A stretch of 64,000 nt of DNA, taken from contig CAWDVR010000001.1 of NCBI GenBank assembly GCA_963805975.1, positions 758,106 through 822,105 of the forward strand, written 5' to 3'. Position numbers and translations under genes: made by a program. The notes below the pieces were generated by a model that was not told the DNA's origin, searched no databases, and was given only the letters and a program-made list of their open reading frames with translations. This document shows, piece by piece, positions 1 to 10,600 of this stretch. Positions within the stretch are counted from its first letter, which is position 1. Every line of letters starts with the position of its first letter. The DNA comes from an uncultured Acidobacteriota bacterium (GTDB taxonomy: Bacteria > Acidobacteriota > Thermoanaerobaculia > Multivoradales > SZUA-115).

Positions 1-132
1 GCTGCGATCCAACCGAGCGATATCCAGGGCTTTCATTGGCATCCACCTAGCTCAAGGTCAAGGCAGTCTAGCAACACTGGTTGCACCGGCGCGACTCCGG
101 GTGGCCCCTTCCACTGCTAGACTTCGTATCGC

Positions 133-1812
133 ATGCCCCAGCTCGAAACTCCGTCCCTTCCCCGGACCATCCGTGCCCCTCGCGGCACTGCTCTGTCCTG
201 CAAGGGCTGGCAGCAGGAAGCCGCGTTGCGCATGCTGATGAACAACCTCGATCCCGAGGTGGCGGAGCGTCCGGCGGACCTCGTGGTCTACGGCGGCTCG
301 GGCAAGGCGGCGCGCAACTGGGAATGCTTCGAGGCCCTGGTCACGACCCTCCGGCGCCTGGAGGGGGACGAGACGCTCCTCGTCCAGTCCGGCAAGCCGG
401 TGGCGGTGTTCAAGAGCCACGCCGAGGCGCCCCGCGTGCTGATCGCCAACTCGCTGCTGGTGCCGCACTGGGCCACGGCCGACGAGTTCCGCCGCCTCGA
501 GGGCCTGGGCCTCACCATGTACGGCCAGATGACCGCCGGCTCCTGGATCTACATCGGCACCCAGGGCATCCTGCAGGGCACCTACGAGACACTCGCCGAG
601 TGCGCGCGCCAGCATTTCGGGGGCTCGCTCGCCGGCCGCCTGACGGTGACCGCCGGCCTGGGCGGCATGGGCGGCGCGCAGCCGCTCGCCGTGACCCTGA
701 ACGGCGGCGTCTGCCTGGCCGCCGAGGTGGACGCGAGCCGCATCAGGCGCCGCCTCGAGACCCGTTATCTCGACGTGTGCGCCGCGAGCCTCGAGGACGG
801 CATCGAACGGGCGCTCGCGGCGCGGGACGCCAAGCAGGCGCTGTCGATCGCCGTCGAGGCCAACGCGGTCGATCTGCTGGCCGAGCTCCTGGCTCGCGGC
901 CTGGTGCCCGACGTCCTCACCGACCAGACCTCGGCGCACGACGCGCTCCAGGGCTACGTGCCGCACGGCCTGCCCTACGCCGCGGCGCTCACCCTGCGGG
1001 CCGGCGACCCGGAAGGCTACGTCGCGCGCTCCATGGCCTCGATGGCCGAGCACGTGCGGCTGATGCGGGCGCTCCAGGAGCGGGGCGCGGTGACCTTCGA
1101 CTACGGCAACAACCTGCGCGGCCAGGCGCTGGCGGCGGGGGTGGCCGATGCGTTCGAGATCGGCGGCTTCGTGCCGCTCTTTATCCGGCCGCTGTTCTGC
1201 CAGGGCAAGGGACCGTTCCGCTGGGCCGTGCTGTCCGGCGACCCGGAGGACCTCGCGGTCACCGACCAGGCCATCCTCGACACCTTCCCGGAGGACGAGG
1301 CCCTGGGGCGCTGGATCCGCCTGGCTCGCGAGCGCGTGGCCTTCCAGGGCCTGCCGGCCCGCATCTGCTGGCTGGGCTACGGCGAGCGCGCCAAGGCCGG
1401 CCGGGTGTTCAACGAGCTGGTCGCCTCGGGCAAGGTCAGGGCGCCGATCGTCATCGGCCGCGACCACCTCGACTGCGGCTCGGTGGCCTCGCCCAACCGC
1501 GAGACCGAGGGCATGCTCGACGGCTCGGACGCGATCGCCGACTGGCCGATCCTCAACGCCCTGATCAACGCCGTGAACGGCGCCACCTGGATCTCCGTGC
1601 ACCACGGTGGCGGGGTGGGAATCGGCTACTCGATCCACGCCGGCATGGTGGTGGTGGCGGACGGCACGCCGGAGGCCGGGCGGCGGCTGGACCGGGTGCT
1701 GGCGAGCGACCCGGGCATGGGGGTGGCGCGCCACGCCGACGCCGGCTACGACGAGGCCGTAGAGTTCGGCCGTCGGCACGGGGTCGATCTGCCGATGCTC
1801 CCAGGTCCATGA
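133..1812 (+). CDS. hutU: urocanate hydratase (urocanase)
   Basis: 559 aa; N-terminal region and overall length typical of HutU ([30 protein letters not shown] ... GGxGK ... QSGKPV). Confidence 0.9.
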   Translation: MPQLETPSLPRTIRAPRGTALSCKGWQQEAALRMLMNNLDPEVAERPADLVVYGGSGKAARNWECFEALVTTLRRLEGDETLLVQSGKPVAVFKSHAEAPRVLIANSLLVPHWATADEFRRLEGLGLTMYGQMTAGSWIYIGTQGILQGTYETLAECARQHFGGSLAGRLTVTAGLGGMGGAQPLAVTLNGGVCLAAEVDASRIRRRLETRYLDVCAASLEDGIERALAARDAKQALSIAVEANAVDLLAELLARGLVPDVLTDQTSAHDALQGYVPHGLPYAAALTLRAGDPEGYVARSMASMAEHVRLMRALQERGAVTFDYGNNLRGQALAAGVADAFEIGGFVPLFIRPLFCQGKGPFRWAVLSGDPEDLAVTDQAILDTFPEDEALGRWIRLARERVAFQGLPARICWLGYGERAKAGRVFNELVASGKVRAPIVIGRDHLDCGSVASPNRETEGMLDGSDAIADWPILNALINAVNGATWISVHHGGGVGIGYSIHAGMVVVADGTPEAGRRLDRVLASDPGMGVARHADAGYDEAVEFGRRHGVDLPMLPGP

Positions 1813-1862
1813 TTTTAGGGCCGATGATCTAGCAGCCCTCCCGCCGGGGAGCCCTGAGGCTC

Positions 1863-4800
1863 GTGCCGCGCAACCCTCCCCTCACCGAGACTCTGATCTC
1901 CCGGCCTTCGGCCGTCGAGACCGTGCTGCTCGCGGCCTCGGCGGCGACCCCGCTCCTGCCCGCGCCGTGGGGTGCTCTCGCCCTGGTCGTGCTCGCGGCG
2001 CTCTGGTGGCGCCGCCGGCCCTCGCGCCGCGAGCTCGCCGTGGCCCTCCCGGCGCTGGCGCTCGCCGCCGTTCTCCTGGCGGCCGGCTGGCTCGCCTCGC
2101 GGCCGGACGTCCGCACCCTCGAAGCGTGGGACGTGGCCGCCACCCGCCAGTACGGGCGCCTGTGGGCGGAGCTGGACGACCTGGCGCGGGAGGCCCGGGA
2201 GGCGGTGGGCCGGGCGCCGGTGACGCGCGCCGAGCGCCAGGCCGCCTTCGCGCGCCTGGCCGAGGTGGCGACCCCCGGCGGAACCGACCGCGCTTCGGTG
2301 CTGCTGGTCGATCCGGACGGCGAGGCGAGCGCCTGGTCGGGGAGCGGCCTGCTGCACGAGCCCACGCCCGAGGAGCTGCCGCCCCGCGGCCGGCACTTCC
2401 GTGCCGGGTTCACGGCCGTGACGCTGATGGTGATCGAGCCGCTGGACGATTCGCGGCGCCCCTGGCGCGTGGTGGCGGGCAGGAGCTTCCCGACCGACCG
2501 CCTTCCCTTCCCGCCGCCGGGCGGCGAGGCGGACACCGACTTCCGCTGGTCGGTGGTGGAGGAGACGCGCGATCCGGCCGGCGCCGAGGGCCTCCGCCTG
2601 GCTCCGGCTCTCCTGCCGGCCATGGTGATCACCCCGCGCCCGCTGCTCGCCCGCGGTCTCGCGGAGGCGAGCCCGATCTGGGGGAGAGCAGCCTGGGCGG
2701 CGCTCGCCGCGGCCCTGCTGGCGGTAGTGGTGCTGCGGGGCGTGGGGCTCCTGCTCACCGGCGGGGCGCGTGGCAGCCACGCCGGCTCGCTGACGGCTCT
2801 GGCGCTCGCCGGCACGGCCGCCGCGGCCAGCGCCGCGGGTGCGCCGGGGACGGCGGTGGCGGCCCTGGGCCTCGGCGTGCTCCTCGCGGCCCTGGGCCTC
2901 GCCTGGCAGGCGCCGGAGATGCCGCCCTGGGCCACGGCGGTTGCGGGAGGCTCCGCCGCGCTCGCCGTAGGCTTCCTCGCCTGGCTCTTCCAGGAGGCGC
3001 TGGGGCCGCTCGATCTGGGCTCGGACCTCTGGGCCGGGACCGAAGTCTTCTGCCTCCGTCTCGCGGCCGGGGTCGCGGCCTTCGGCCTCCTGGCCCTGGC
3101 GGGCCGGCGGCGGAAGCCGAGTGTCGAAGCCTCGGTCGCTGGCTCCTCGGTCGGGGGAGGGGGCCATGCGCTCGCCTGGTGGGCGGCCGGCCTGCTACTC
3201 CTGGCGTCCCTCGCCGCCGACCGCCCGCCGATCGCGCTCCTCCTGCTGGCGCTCTCCGGCGTGGCGATCGCCCTGTGGCTCGCCCACCGGCGCCTGCTCG
3301 CCGAGGCGGGGTCGTTCGCCGCCTTCGTGGCCCTCGCCTGGATCACAGGTGCCGTGGGCTGGGAGGTGGCGTACCGCCAGCTCCTGCGGCTCGAGGTCGA
3401 GCGGCAGGTGCTGCCGCGGCTGGCGCCGCCGAGCAGCGCGGAGATGGACGCCGTCGCGAGCGAGGTCTCGGGTTTCCTCGATGCGCTGGACCTCGAGTCG
3501 CTGACCGCGCGCCCGCTCGACGGCATGGACCGCCGCGACCTGGCCTACGCCGTGTGGCGCCAGTCGCCGCTCGCCCGACGCAGTGCGCTCTCCGCCGTCA
3601 AGCTGGTGCCGGCCGACCCCGAGGTCCTTCCCAGCCTGGGGGCCTTTCCGGAGCGCACCGTCTTCTCCTTCGGCCTGCCCCTCTCCGATGCCGGGGAAGC
3701 GGTCTGGGAGCCCGCGAGCTCGCCGGACCCGGTGCTCCCGGCCTGGGACGATCTGCTGGTGAACGGCGAGGTCCGGCTGACGGCGGGCGGCAGGCCCTGG
3801 GGCACGGCCCGCTGGTGGCTGGTGCCGCGGCCGGGCTTCGGCCTGGGCCGGAGGGAGAGCGCCGAGCAGGTGGTGGTGGGCCTGCTGCGCGGCGCGCCCG
3901 GCGATCCCCAGTCGGCGATCGGCCTGCCCGAGCCGGTGCTCTACGCCCTCTACCCGGGCGACGGCAGGCCGCTGGTCTCACCCTGGCAGGACGAGCCGCC
4001 GGCGCCGGCGCCGGTGGTGGCCGGCGACCGCTTCTCCGGCCTGGTCGAAACGCCGGAGGGGCCCACCTGGGCGTTTGCGCGGCGCGGGGCCGACGGCTAC
4101 GAGGCTCTCTACCTGCCGCGGCTCCAGGGCCTGGAAGCGCCGGAGCGGGTGGGCACGGCGGCGGCCACCGCGCTGCTGTTCGTGGCCGTCGCGACCCTGA
4201 TCGCGCTGCTCCTGGCGCTGCCGCGGCCCGCCTTCCGCGACCTGGTGACCCGCGCCGTGCGCTCCTACTCGCGGCGGCTGCTGCTGGTGTTCACGGCGCT
4301 CCTGGTGGTGCCCTTCCTGCTCCTCGACCTGGTGCTGCTGCGCACGGTCGAGGCCTCGCTGTCCCGCGACCAGGAAGCGCGCGGCGAGCAGGCGATCGTC
4401 GCCGCGCAGCAGGCGGCGCTGGCCACGATCGCCGGCCAGGAGCCCGGCTTCGGCATCGACACGGCGCTCTCGACCGAGTACCTGAAGGACCTGTCGCGCC
4501 TGGTCGACCACGACGTCAACGTCTACTTCGGCTCGGCCTTCCTCTCCTCGTCGAGCGGCGAGCTGTTCACGGCGGGCCTCCTGCCGCGGCGCATTCCGGG
4601 CGAGGTCTACGCCCGGCTGGCGCTCGAGGGCTACGGCATCGCCGAGCGCACCAGCCGGGCCGTGGACACACCCTACCTCGAGCTCTACCGCCCCATGGCG
4701 CTCCCCGGCGCGGCCGAGGGCGAGGCGGACGAGCCGCGCATCTTCCTCTCGGTGCCGCTCCTGGCGCAGCAGGAGGAGGCGGCCGGGGTGCTGGCGGGCC

Positions 4801-6137
4801 TGCGGCGCCGCGTCGTGGTGGCCACCACCTCGCTCTTCGCGCTGCTGATCGCGGTCGGCGGCCGGCTGGCCCGCAACTTCACGAAGCCTTTGCAGGAGCT
4901 GGTCGAGGGCACGCGGCGGATCGCCGCCGGCGCGCCCTCGCTCGACCTCGCGCCCTCCGACCTCGAGCTCGCCGCGCTGGTCAAAGCCGTGGACGAGATG
5001 GCGCGGCGCATCGCGCGCTCGCGCGGCGAGCTGCTGCGCGAGAAGGCGGTGGTGGAGCGGATGGTCGAGAGCATCACCTCTGGCGTGGTGTCGCTCGACG
5101 CCCGCCACCGCGTGGTGATGCACAACCGGGTGGCGGCCGAGCTCCTGGGCGTGGCGATCGGCGACCAGCTCGAGCAGGTGGCGGCGGCGCGCGAGCGCCT
5201 GCGCCCGCTCTCGACCTTTCTCGCGAGCCTGCCCGCGGCGAGCGACGGCAATCCGCGGCGCGAGACCGTCCGCTTCGGCGGCTTCGCCGGGGGCGAACGG
5301 GAGTGGACGCTTGTCTGGGTGCCGCTGCCCGCGGTTTCCGGGGCGGGGGTTTCCGGGGCGAGTGTCTCCGGGGCGCCGGCCGAGGGCTCCGGGGAGCCCG
5401 CCGCGCTCCTGGTGGTGGAGGACGTGACCGAGGTGTTTCGCGGCCAGCGCCTCGCCGCCTGGGCCGAGATGGCGCGCATGATCGCCCACGAGATCAAGAA
5501 CCCGCTCACCCCCATCCGCCTCTCGGCCGAGCACATGCGCCAGGTGCGGGTCCGGGACCCCGAGCACTTCGACGAGATCTTCGAGCGCTGCACCACCAAC
5601 ATCCTGCACCAGGTGGACGAGCTGCAGCAGATCGCCTCGGAGTTCTCGACCTACAGCCGCATCCCGCGGATCGAGGTGCGCGAAGGCGATCTGCGGCCGG
5701 CGCTCGCGGCGCTGGTCGAAGGCTACCGGGCGGCGCCGCCGCCGGGGCTCGAGGTGGCGGGAACGCTGCCGGCGGAGCCGGTGGTGGTGCGTTTCGACGA
5801 GCGGCTGCTCTCGCGCGCGGTGCGCAACCTGCTCGAGAACGCGGTGCGCGCCGCCTCGGCCACCCGGGAGGTCAGGAACGGCGGCCGGGTGGAGCTGACG
5901 CTCGAGGCGCAGCCCGCGGCCGGCGAGGCGCGCCTCGCGGTGCTGGACACCGGGCCGGGCGTGGCGCCGGACCTCCTGCCGCGTATCTTCGATCCCTACT
6001 TCTCGACCCATGACACCGGCACCGGCCTCGGGCTGCCCATCGCGCGGCGCATCGTCGAAGAGCACGGCGGCACGATCGCGGCCCGCAACCGGCCGGGCGG
6101 CGGGCTCGAGGTGGAGATTAGAATCCCGCTCGCATGA
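1863..6137 (+). CDS. large membrane sensor histidine kinase, NtrY-like (polytopic N-terminus, HAMP, PAS, HisKA, HATPase_c)
   Basis: 1424 aa, GTG start with upstream GGGGAG. About 700 aa of hydrophobic helices precede a HAMP-like segment and a PAS-like segment. HisKA H-box is IAHEIKNPLTPIRLSAEH and the ATPase G2 box is GTGLGLPIARRIVEEHGG. Confidence 0.8.
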   Translation: MPRNPPLTETLISRPSAVETVLLAASAATPLLPAPWGALALVVLAALWWRRRPSRRELAVALPALALAAVLLAAGWLASRPDVRTLEAWDVAATRQYGRLWAELDDLAREAREAVGRAPVTRAERQAAFARLAEVATPGGTDRASVLLVDPDGEASAWSGSGLLHEPTPEELPPRGRHFRAGFTAVTLMVIEPLDDSRRPWRVVAGRSFPTDRLPFPPPGGEADTDFRWSVVEETRDPAGAEGLRLAPALLPAMVITPRPLLARGLAEASPIWGRAAWAALAAALLAVVVLRGVGLLLTGGARGSHAGSLTALALAGTAAAASAAGAPGTAVAALGLGVLLAALGLAWQAPEMPPWATAVAGGSAALAVGFLAWLFQEALGPLDLGSDLWAGTEVFCLRLAAGVAAFGLLALAGRRRKPSVEASVAGSSVGGGGHALAWWAAGLLLLASLAADRPPIALLLLALSGVAIALWLAHRRLLAEAGSFAAFVALAWITGAVGWEVAYRQLLRLEVERQVLPRLAPPSSAEMDAVASEVSGFLDALDLESLTARPLDGMDRRDLAYAVWRQSPLARRSALSAVKLVPADPEVLPSLGAFPERTVFSFGLPLSDAGEAVWEPASSPDPVLPAWDDLLVNGEVRLTAGGRPWGTARWWLVPRPGFGLGRRESAEQVVVGLLRGAPGDPQSAIGLPEPVLYALYPGDGRPLVSPWQDEPPAPAPVVAGDRFSGLVETPEGPTWAFARRGADGYEALYLPRLQGLEAPERVGTAAATALLFVAVATLIALLLALPRPAFRDLVTRAVRSYSRRLLLVFTALLVVPFLLLDLVLLRTVEASLSRDQEARGEQAIVAAQQAALATIAGQEPGFGIDTALSTEYLKDLSRLVDHDVNVYFGSAFLSSSSGELFTAGLLPRRIPGEVYARLALEGYGIAERTSRAVDTPYLELYRPMALPGAAEGEADEPRIFLSVPLLAQQEEAAGVLAGLRRRVVVATTSLFALLIAVGGRLARNFTKPLQELVEGTRRIAAGAPSLDLAPSDLELAALVKAVDEMARRIARSRGELLREKAVVERMVESITSGVVSLDARHRVVMHNRVAAELLGVAIGDQLEQVAAARERLRPLSTFLASLPAASDGNPRRETVRFGGFAGGEREWTLVWVPLPAVSGAGVSGASVSGAPAEGSGEPAALLVVEDVTEVFRGQRLAAWAEMARMIAHEIKNPLTPIRLSAEHMRQVRVRDPEHFDEIFERCTTNILHQVDELQQIASEFSTYSRIPRIEVREGDLRPALAALVEGYRAAPPPGLEVAGTLPAEPVVVRFDERLLSRAVRNLLENAVRAASATREVRNGGRVELTLEAQPAAGEARLAVLDTGPGVAPDLLPRIFDPYFSTHDTGTGLGLPIARRIVEEHGGTIAARNRPGGGLEVEIRIPLA

Positions 6138-7597
6138 GAGGCCGTCACCCGTCGTTCTCGGCGCTCGCCCAGGCCGCCGCACTGGCGGCGGCAGTGCTGG
6201 CGCTCGCGGCCTGCCCGGGCGGACGGGGGCGGCTCGAGAAGCCCGAGCGCTCCGTGCTCTGGGTGACGCGAGGCGGCACGCTCGACTACGCCGACTTCGC
6301 GGCCCTCGGGCAGCGGGGCGTGGGAGAGCTGTTCGTCGAGGCCGGGCGCCTCTCCTGGCAGGGCGCCAGCCCGCGCATCGAGCCGGTGCCGACTCTCTCC
6401 CTGCCGCGGCGTACCGAGGTCACGCTGGTGATCACCGGCGCCTGGCCCCAGGAAGAGCTGGAGGCCGGAGAGACCGCGGCGCGGCTCGCCGGGGAGCTGG
6501 CCAGGGTCGCGGCGCGTGCCCGCGAGGCCAATCTCGAGGCCCTGGGCTTCCACTTCGATGTCGGCGCCAGGCGCTCGCTCGCCGGCTACGGCGCGACGCT
6601 CGGGGCGCTGCGGCGCGAGCTCGAGCCGCCGGCCTTCGTGTCGGCGACCGTGGAGCGCACCTGGCTCGGCGAGAAGGCCCTTCCCGACCTGGCACGCGCG
6701 GTGGACTTCCTGGTGCCCTTCCTCTACGGCCAGCGGCCGGGCGAGCCCGAGGACGCCGCGGCCTGGGACCTGCGGCGGGTGGAGGAGAACCTGCGCCAGG
6801 TCGAGGCACAGGGCAGCCGCTACCTGGTCGGCGTGGTGACGCTGGCCCGTACCCTGGAGATCGGCGGCCGGGGCGCCGAGACCACCCGTGTGTCGCTGCC
6901 CGCGCTGGTGCGCAACCCGGCGCTCGAGCTGGCCATCGGCTTCAGCCTCGAGGGCCTCGACCGCTCGGTCTACCAGTTCAAGGCGCGGGAGGCGGTGACG
7001 GTCGGCGGGCTCGAGCTGAAGCGCGGGGCAGGCATCCGGGTGATGGGCCTCGCCACCCACCACGTGGAAGAGCTCGAGCGCCGGCTCGGGGCGCTGGACC
7101 TCGGGCGCAAGCTCGGCACCGCCTACTACCGTCTGGCCGGGCCCGAGGAGCGGATGTCGCTGTCGCTCGCCAACCTCGAGCTGGCCCTGGCGCCGGAGCC
7201 GGCCCTCGCCGCGCCGCACCTTCGCCTGCTCCCGGCCGGCAACCGGCGCTACACGGTGGAGGTCGAGAACCAGAGCTCCGAGCGCTCCGACGTGATGGTG
7301 CTCGCCGGCAACTTCGTCGAGCTGCGGGTGGCGGGCGGCACCTTCCTCCGTGCCGATCCCGGCGCCTTTCTTCGCTGGGAGCTCCTGGAGGAGCGCGGCG
7401 GCGAGCTGGTGCGCTCCTTCCGCCGCGCCACCGTGCTCCGTCTCTACGCGCCCATCCTCGACGGCGGCGAGACCCTGGCAAGCGGCGCGATCGACGTGAG
7501 CGGCGGCACGGTCACGGCCTCCGGCTCCTTCGTGGTGCCGGGCGGCAAGGCGGTGGCGGCGGTGGTGGACGTGGCGCCCTCGACCCGGCCCGAGTAA
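6134..7597 (+). CDS. putative lipoprotein, co-transcribed with the sensor kinase
   Basis: ATG overlaps the kinase stop codon (ATGA). N-terminus carries a lipobox-like LALAAC signal. 487 aa; I recognise no other domain. Confidence 0.55.
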   Translation: MRGRHPSFSALAQAAALAAAVLALAACPGGRGRLEKPERSVLWVTRGGTLDYADFAALGQRGVGELFVEAGRLSWQGASPRIEPVPTLSLPRRTEVTLVITGAWPQEELEAGETAARLAGELARVAARAREANLEALGFHFDVGARRSLAGYGATLGALRRELEPPAFVSATVERTWLGEKALPDLARAVDFLVPFLYGQRPGEPEDAAAWDLRRVEENLRQVEAQGSRYLVGVVTLARTLEIGGRGAETTRVSLPALVRNPALELAIGFSLEGLDRSVYQFKAREAVTVGGLELKRGAGIRVMGLATHHVEELERRLGALDLGRKLGTAYYRLAGPEERMSLSLANLELALAPEPALAAPHLRLLPAGNRRYTVEVENQSSERSDVMVLAGNFVELRVAGGTFLRADPGAFLRWELLEERGGELVRSFRRATVLRLYAPILDGGETLASGAIDVSGGTVTASGSFVVPGGKAVAAVVDVAPSTRPE

Positions 7598-7645
7598 CGA
7601 ACGCGGCGCAGGGCGGCCCAATCTTCCTCCAGAGGAGGTTTCACC

Positions 7646-10600
7646 ATGCCGCTACGCCGCACGGGTTTCCCGCGCTCCGGCCTTGCTCCGCTCGCCGCCG
7701 CCGTACTGCTCGCCTTCGCCTTCGCCTTCGCCTCCGCCGAGCCCGCCCGTGCCCAGACGTGCTGGGCGTACGTGAACACCCCGGCCTCGGCGCCGATCAG
7801 TTGCGTGGATCAGGGCGACCTCTCGCCCGGCTGCTTCTGGAATGGCGACTGCCACGACGATCTCGACCTTTCGGACTGCTGCACGACCATCCCCGGCGGT
7901 CCGCAGAGCGTCCTCCAGATGCACTCCGCCTGGCATAGCTGCTTCGGCGCCATCGGCGACTCGGACGGCGACAACCCGCCCATGCGGGGCAACCGTTGGT
8001 ACGCCTTCCATCGCCAGATCGAGCACGACTACAACCTGTGGCGCGAGAGCGGTAACTTCTGCAACCCCACGGCCGGCAGCCCCCAGGGGTGCAAGATCGA
8101 GTCGGTCGACTGGTGCCCGAATATGCTGCTGCCGTACGGCTTCGACTGCGACCTCGCGGCCGGCGGCACCGGCTGCGGCACCCAGGGCTTCGTCGCCGAC
8201 AACTCGGCCCAGGACTGTAACCCCACCCTCGGCAGCACCAATCCCTGCCGGCCCAACAACGCCGCCTGCCCCGGCTGCCAGGCCTTCCCGCAATGCCTGT
8301 TCCTGGGCGGCGCCGGCCCGGCGGCGTGCCCGCTGGCACCCAGCGCCTCCTGCTCGGGCACCGGCGTCAACCTGCCCCACACCGAGCTGGCGGACTTTCC
8401 GGACGTCGAGGAGCTGACCACGCTCCTGGACTCGAGCTTCCACGGCAACATGCACGGCGCCGTGGGCACCGCCGGCCCCTGCGGCGACATCAACAGCTCC
8501 GGCTGCTCGGTGCGCGATCCCATGTTCTGGCGCCTGCACAAGGCGATCGACGACGTGGTGCGCGCCTGGCAGGACATCAACGCCACCGACGTGATGGTGG
8601 TGGTCGACCGCTCGGGCAGCATGAACGAGCTGGACTCGACGGGCGACAGCAAGCTCACCGCCGCGCTCGAGGCCGCCGACCTCTTCGCCGACCTGATGGA
8701 GGACGCCCGCGCCGACGGCCAGACCAACCGCATCGGCGTCGTCTCCTACGCCTCGAACGCCGGCGACGCGGCGCGCAACCTGGCGCCGATCGCGGCCGGG
8801 CCCACGCTGCGCGATCCCGGCCAGCCGTTCCCCAATGTGCTCGCCGCGATCGGCGGCGCGGGCGGCGGCGGCTGCACGGGCATCGGCAGCGGCATCCAGG
8901 CGGCGGCCGACCAGATCTGCCCCGGGGGCGACTGCGGCGCCGTGCCCGATCCGCCGCCGGCCGGCACCAACCGCCGCAAGTCCATCCTGCTGCTGACCGA
9001 CGGCATCGAGAACGTGCCGCCGTGCCTGCAATCGGCCGGTCCCGCCGGCGCGACCTGCGGTGGCCAGTGCTTCGGCGCCACGCTCGATGCGACCCGGCTC
9101 TACGACACCCAGGTCTGCGCCGTGGGCTTCGGCGACGCCGGCTCGCTCAACGGCGATCTCCTGACCCTCTTCGCCGAGCGCCAGGGCGGCATCTACATGC
9201 AGAACCCGGCCCTCGACCCGGACGGCGAGTGGATCGATCTCAAGGACTTCTTCGCCAAGTGCTTCGGCCAGTTGACCGACGAGTTCCTGGGGCTCGATCC
9301 CAAGGGCATCCTCGCCCCCGGCCAGGCGGCCAGCGAGGCCATCGAGTACACCTCCTGCGGCGACGGCAAGCTGACCTTCGTCGGCGGCTGGAAGACGGCT
9401 GTCGACCGCGGCGAGCTGCGCCTGCTGATCCACGCCCCGAACGGCGACCTGGTGCGACCGGGCGCCGGCGTGGAGACCTCGACCCAGGCCACCTGGGACT
9501 TCTCCCGGCTGCGCCTGCCCTACGGCACGGCCTCGACCGGCCTCTGGCAGGCCCACCTCGTGCGCCCCCACCGGGCCTTCGTCAACGGTTTCACGAGCGA
9601 CGCCTTCGCCGACCCCAAAGCCGGAGTCGAGCTGGTGCGGCGCGAGATCCAGCGCCTGTGCCCGACGGGATGCAAGCGGGTGCTCTACTTCGAGGACCAG
9701 ACGCTCGGCACCTCGGTCTACGACAAGGCGATCCAGGTCGAGCTCGGCACGCGCCTCCTGGGCACAGTCTCCCGCACCAACCGGCCCGACGAGCTGGCGG
9801 GCCTGCTGCGCCGCGAGTGGGACCTGCTGGTCTACGCCCACCAGAAGGGCGAGGCGCCGGAGCCCTACGACGGCCCCCTTGCCGAGCGGATCTGCGGCGG
9901 CCAGCGCGCCATCCTGACCGACACCCGCGGCCAGGCCGCGGCCTCGATCCTCAAGTGCGCGGGCGCGGCCTACGACGAGGGCCGCAACCACAGGCTGCTG
10001 GCGGTGGACGGTGAGCTGCTCGCCGGCCAGCACAAGCTCCACGACCCCGGCCATGCGATCTGGAGCTATGGCCTGCGGCCCGCGGGGAGCACCGCCCAAG
10101 CGCGGCTGGACGGCCGGACCCACGGCATCGTGGCTGCGGTCCAGCGCGGGGCCGAGCAGCGCTGGTTCGTGGACGTGCTGGTGCGGGGCCTGAACAAGCT
10201 CGAGGCCCACAAGCCGGTGTCGCACTTCGAGACCGGCAGCGATCTGCTGCCGAGCGTGCGGATCTCGCCCTTCACCGTCACCGCCGGCGGCTTCGACCGC
10301 GTCCAGGCCAGGGTGGAGATCGAGCGCCCGCTCCTCGGCCTCGGCACGCTGCTGGCCCGCACCGGTCTCGCCAAGGAGGTGCGGATCGGCGAGGAGCGGC
10401 TCGACCCGCGCGCCGCCACGCTCCTGGCGCTCGAGCAGGCGCGCCGCGGGCCGGTGATCCCCACCACCACCGAGACCTACCCGCTGTTCGACGACGGTAC
10501 GAACGGCGACCTGGTGGCGGGCAACAACTACTTCTCGGCCCAGCTTCCGCGCGCCGCCTCGGCGGACGGCATGTACCGCTATCGCTACATCCTGGACCTC

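Noticed and set aside
58-1779. Long antisense ORFs opposite real genes (for example 58..1779 -, 3978..6182 -, 7652..11053 -, 23422..26058 -, 28748..31255 -, 60790..62118 -)
   Set aside because: At ~70% GC, stop codons are rare in non-coding frames. These translate to Arg/Pro/Gly/Ala-rich low-complexity sequence, lack RBS and start context, and lie exactly opposite genes with clear homology.
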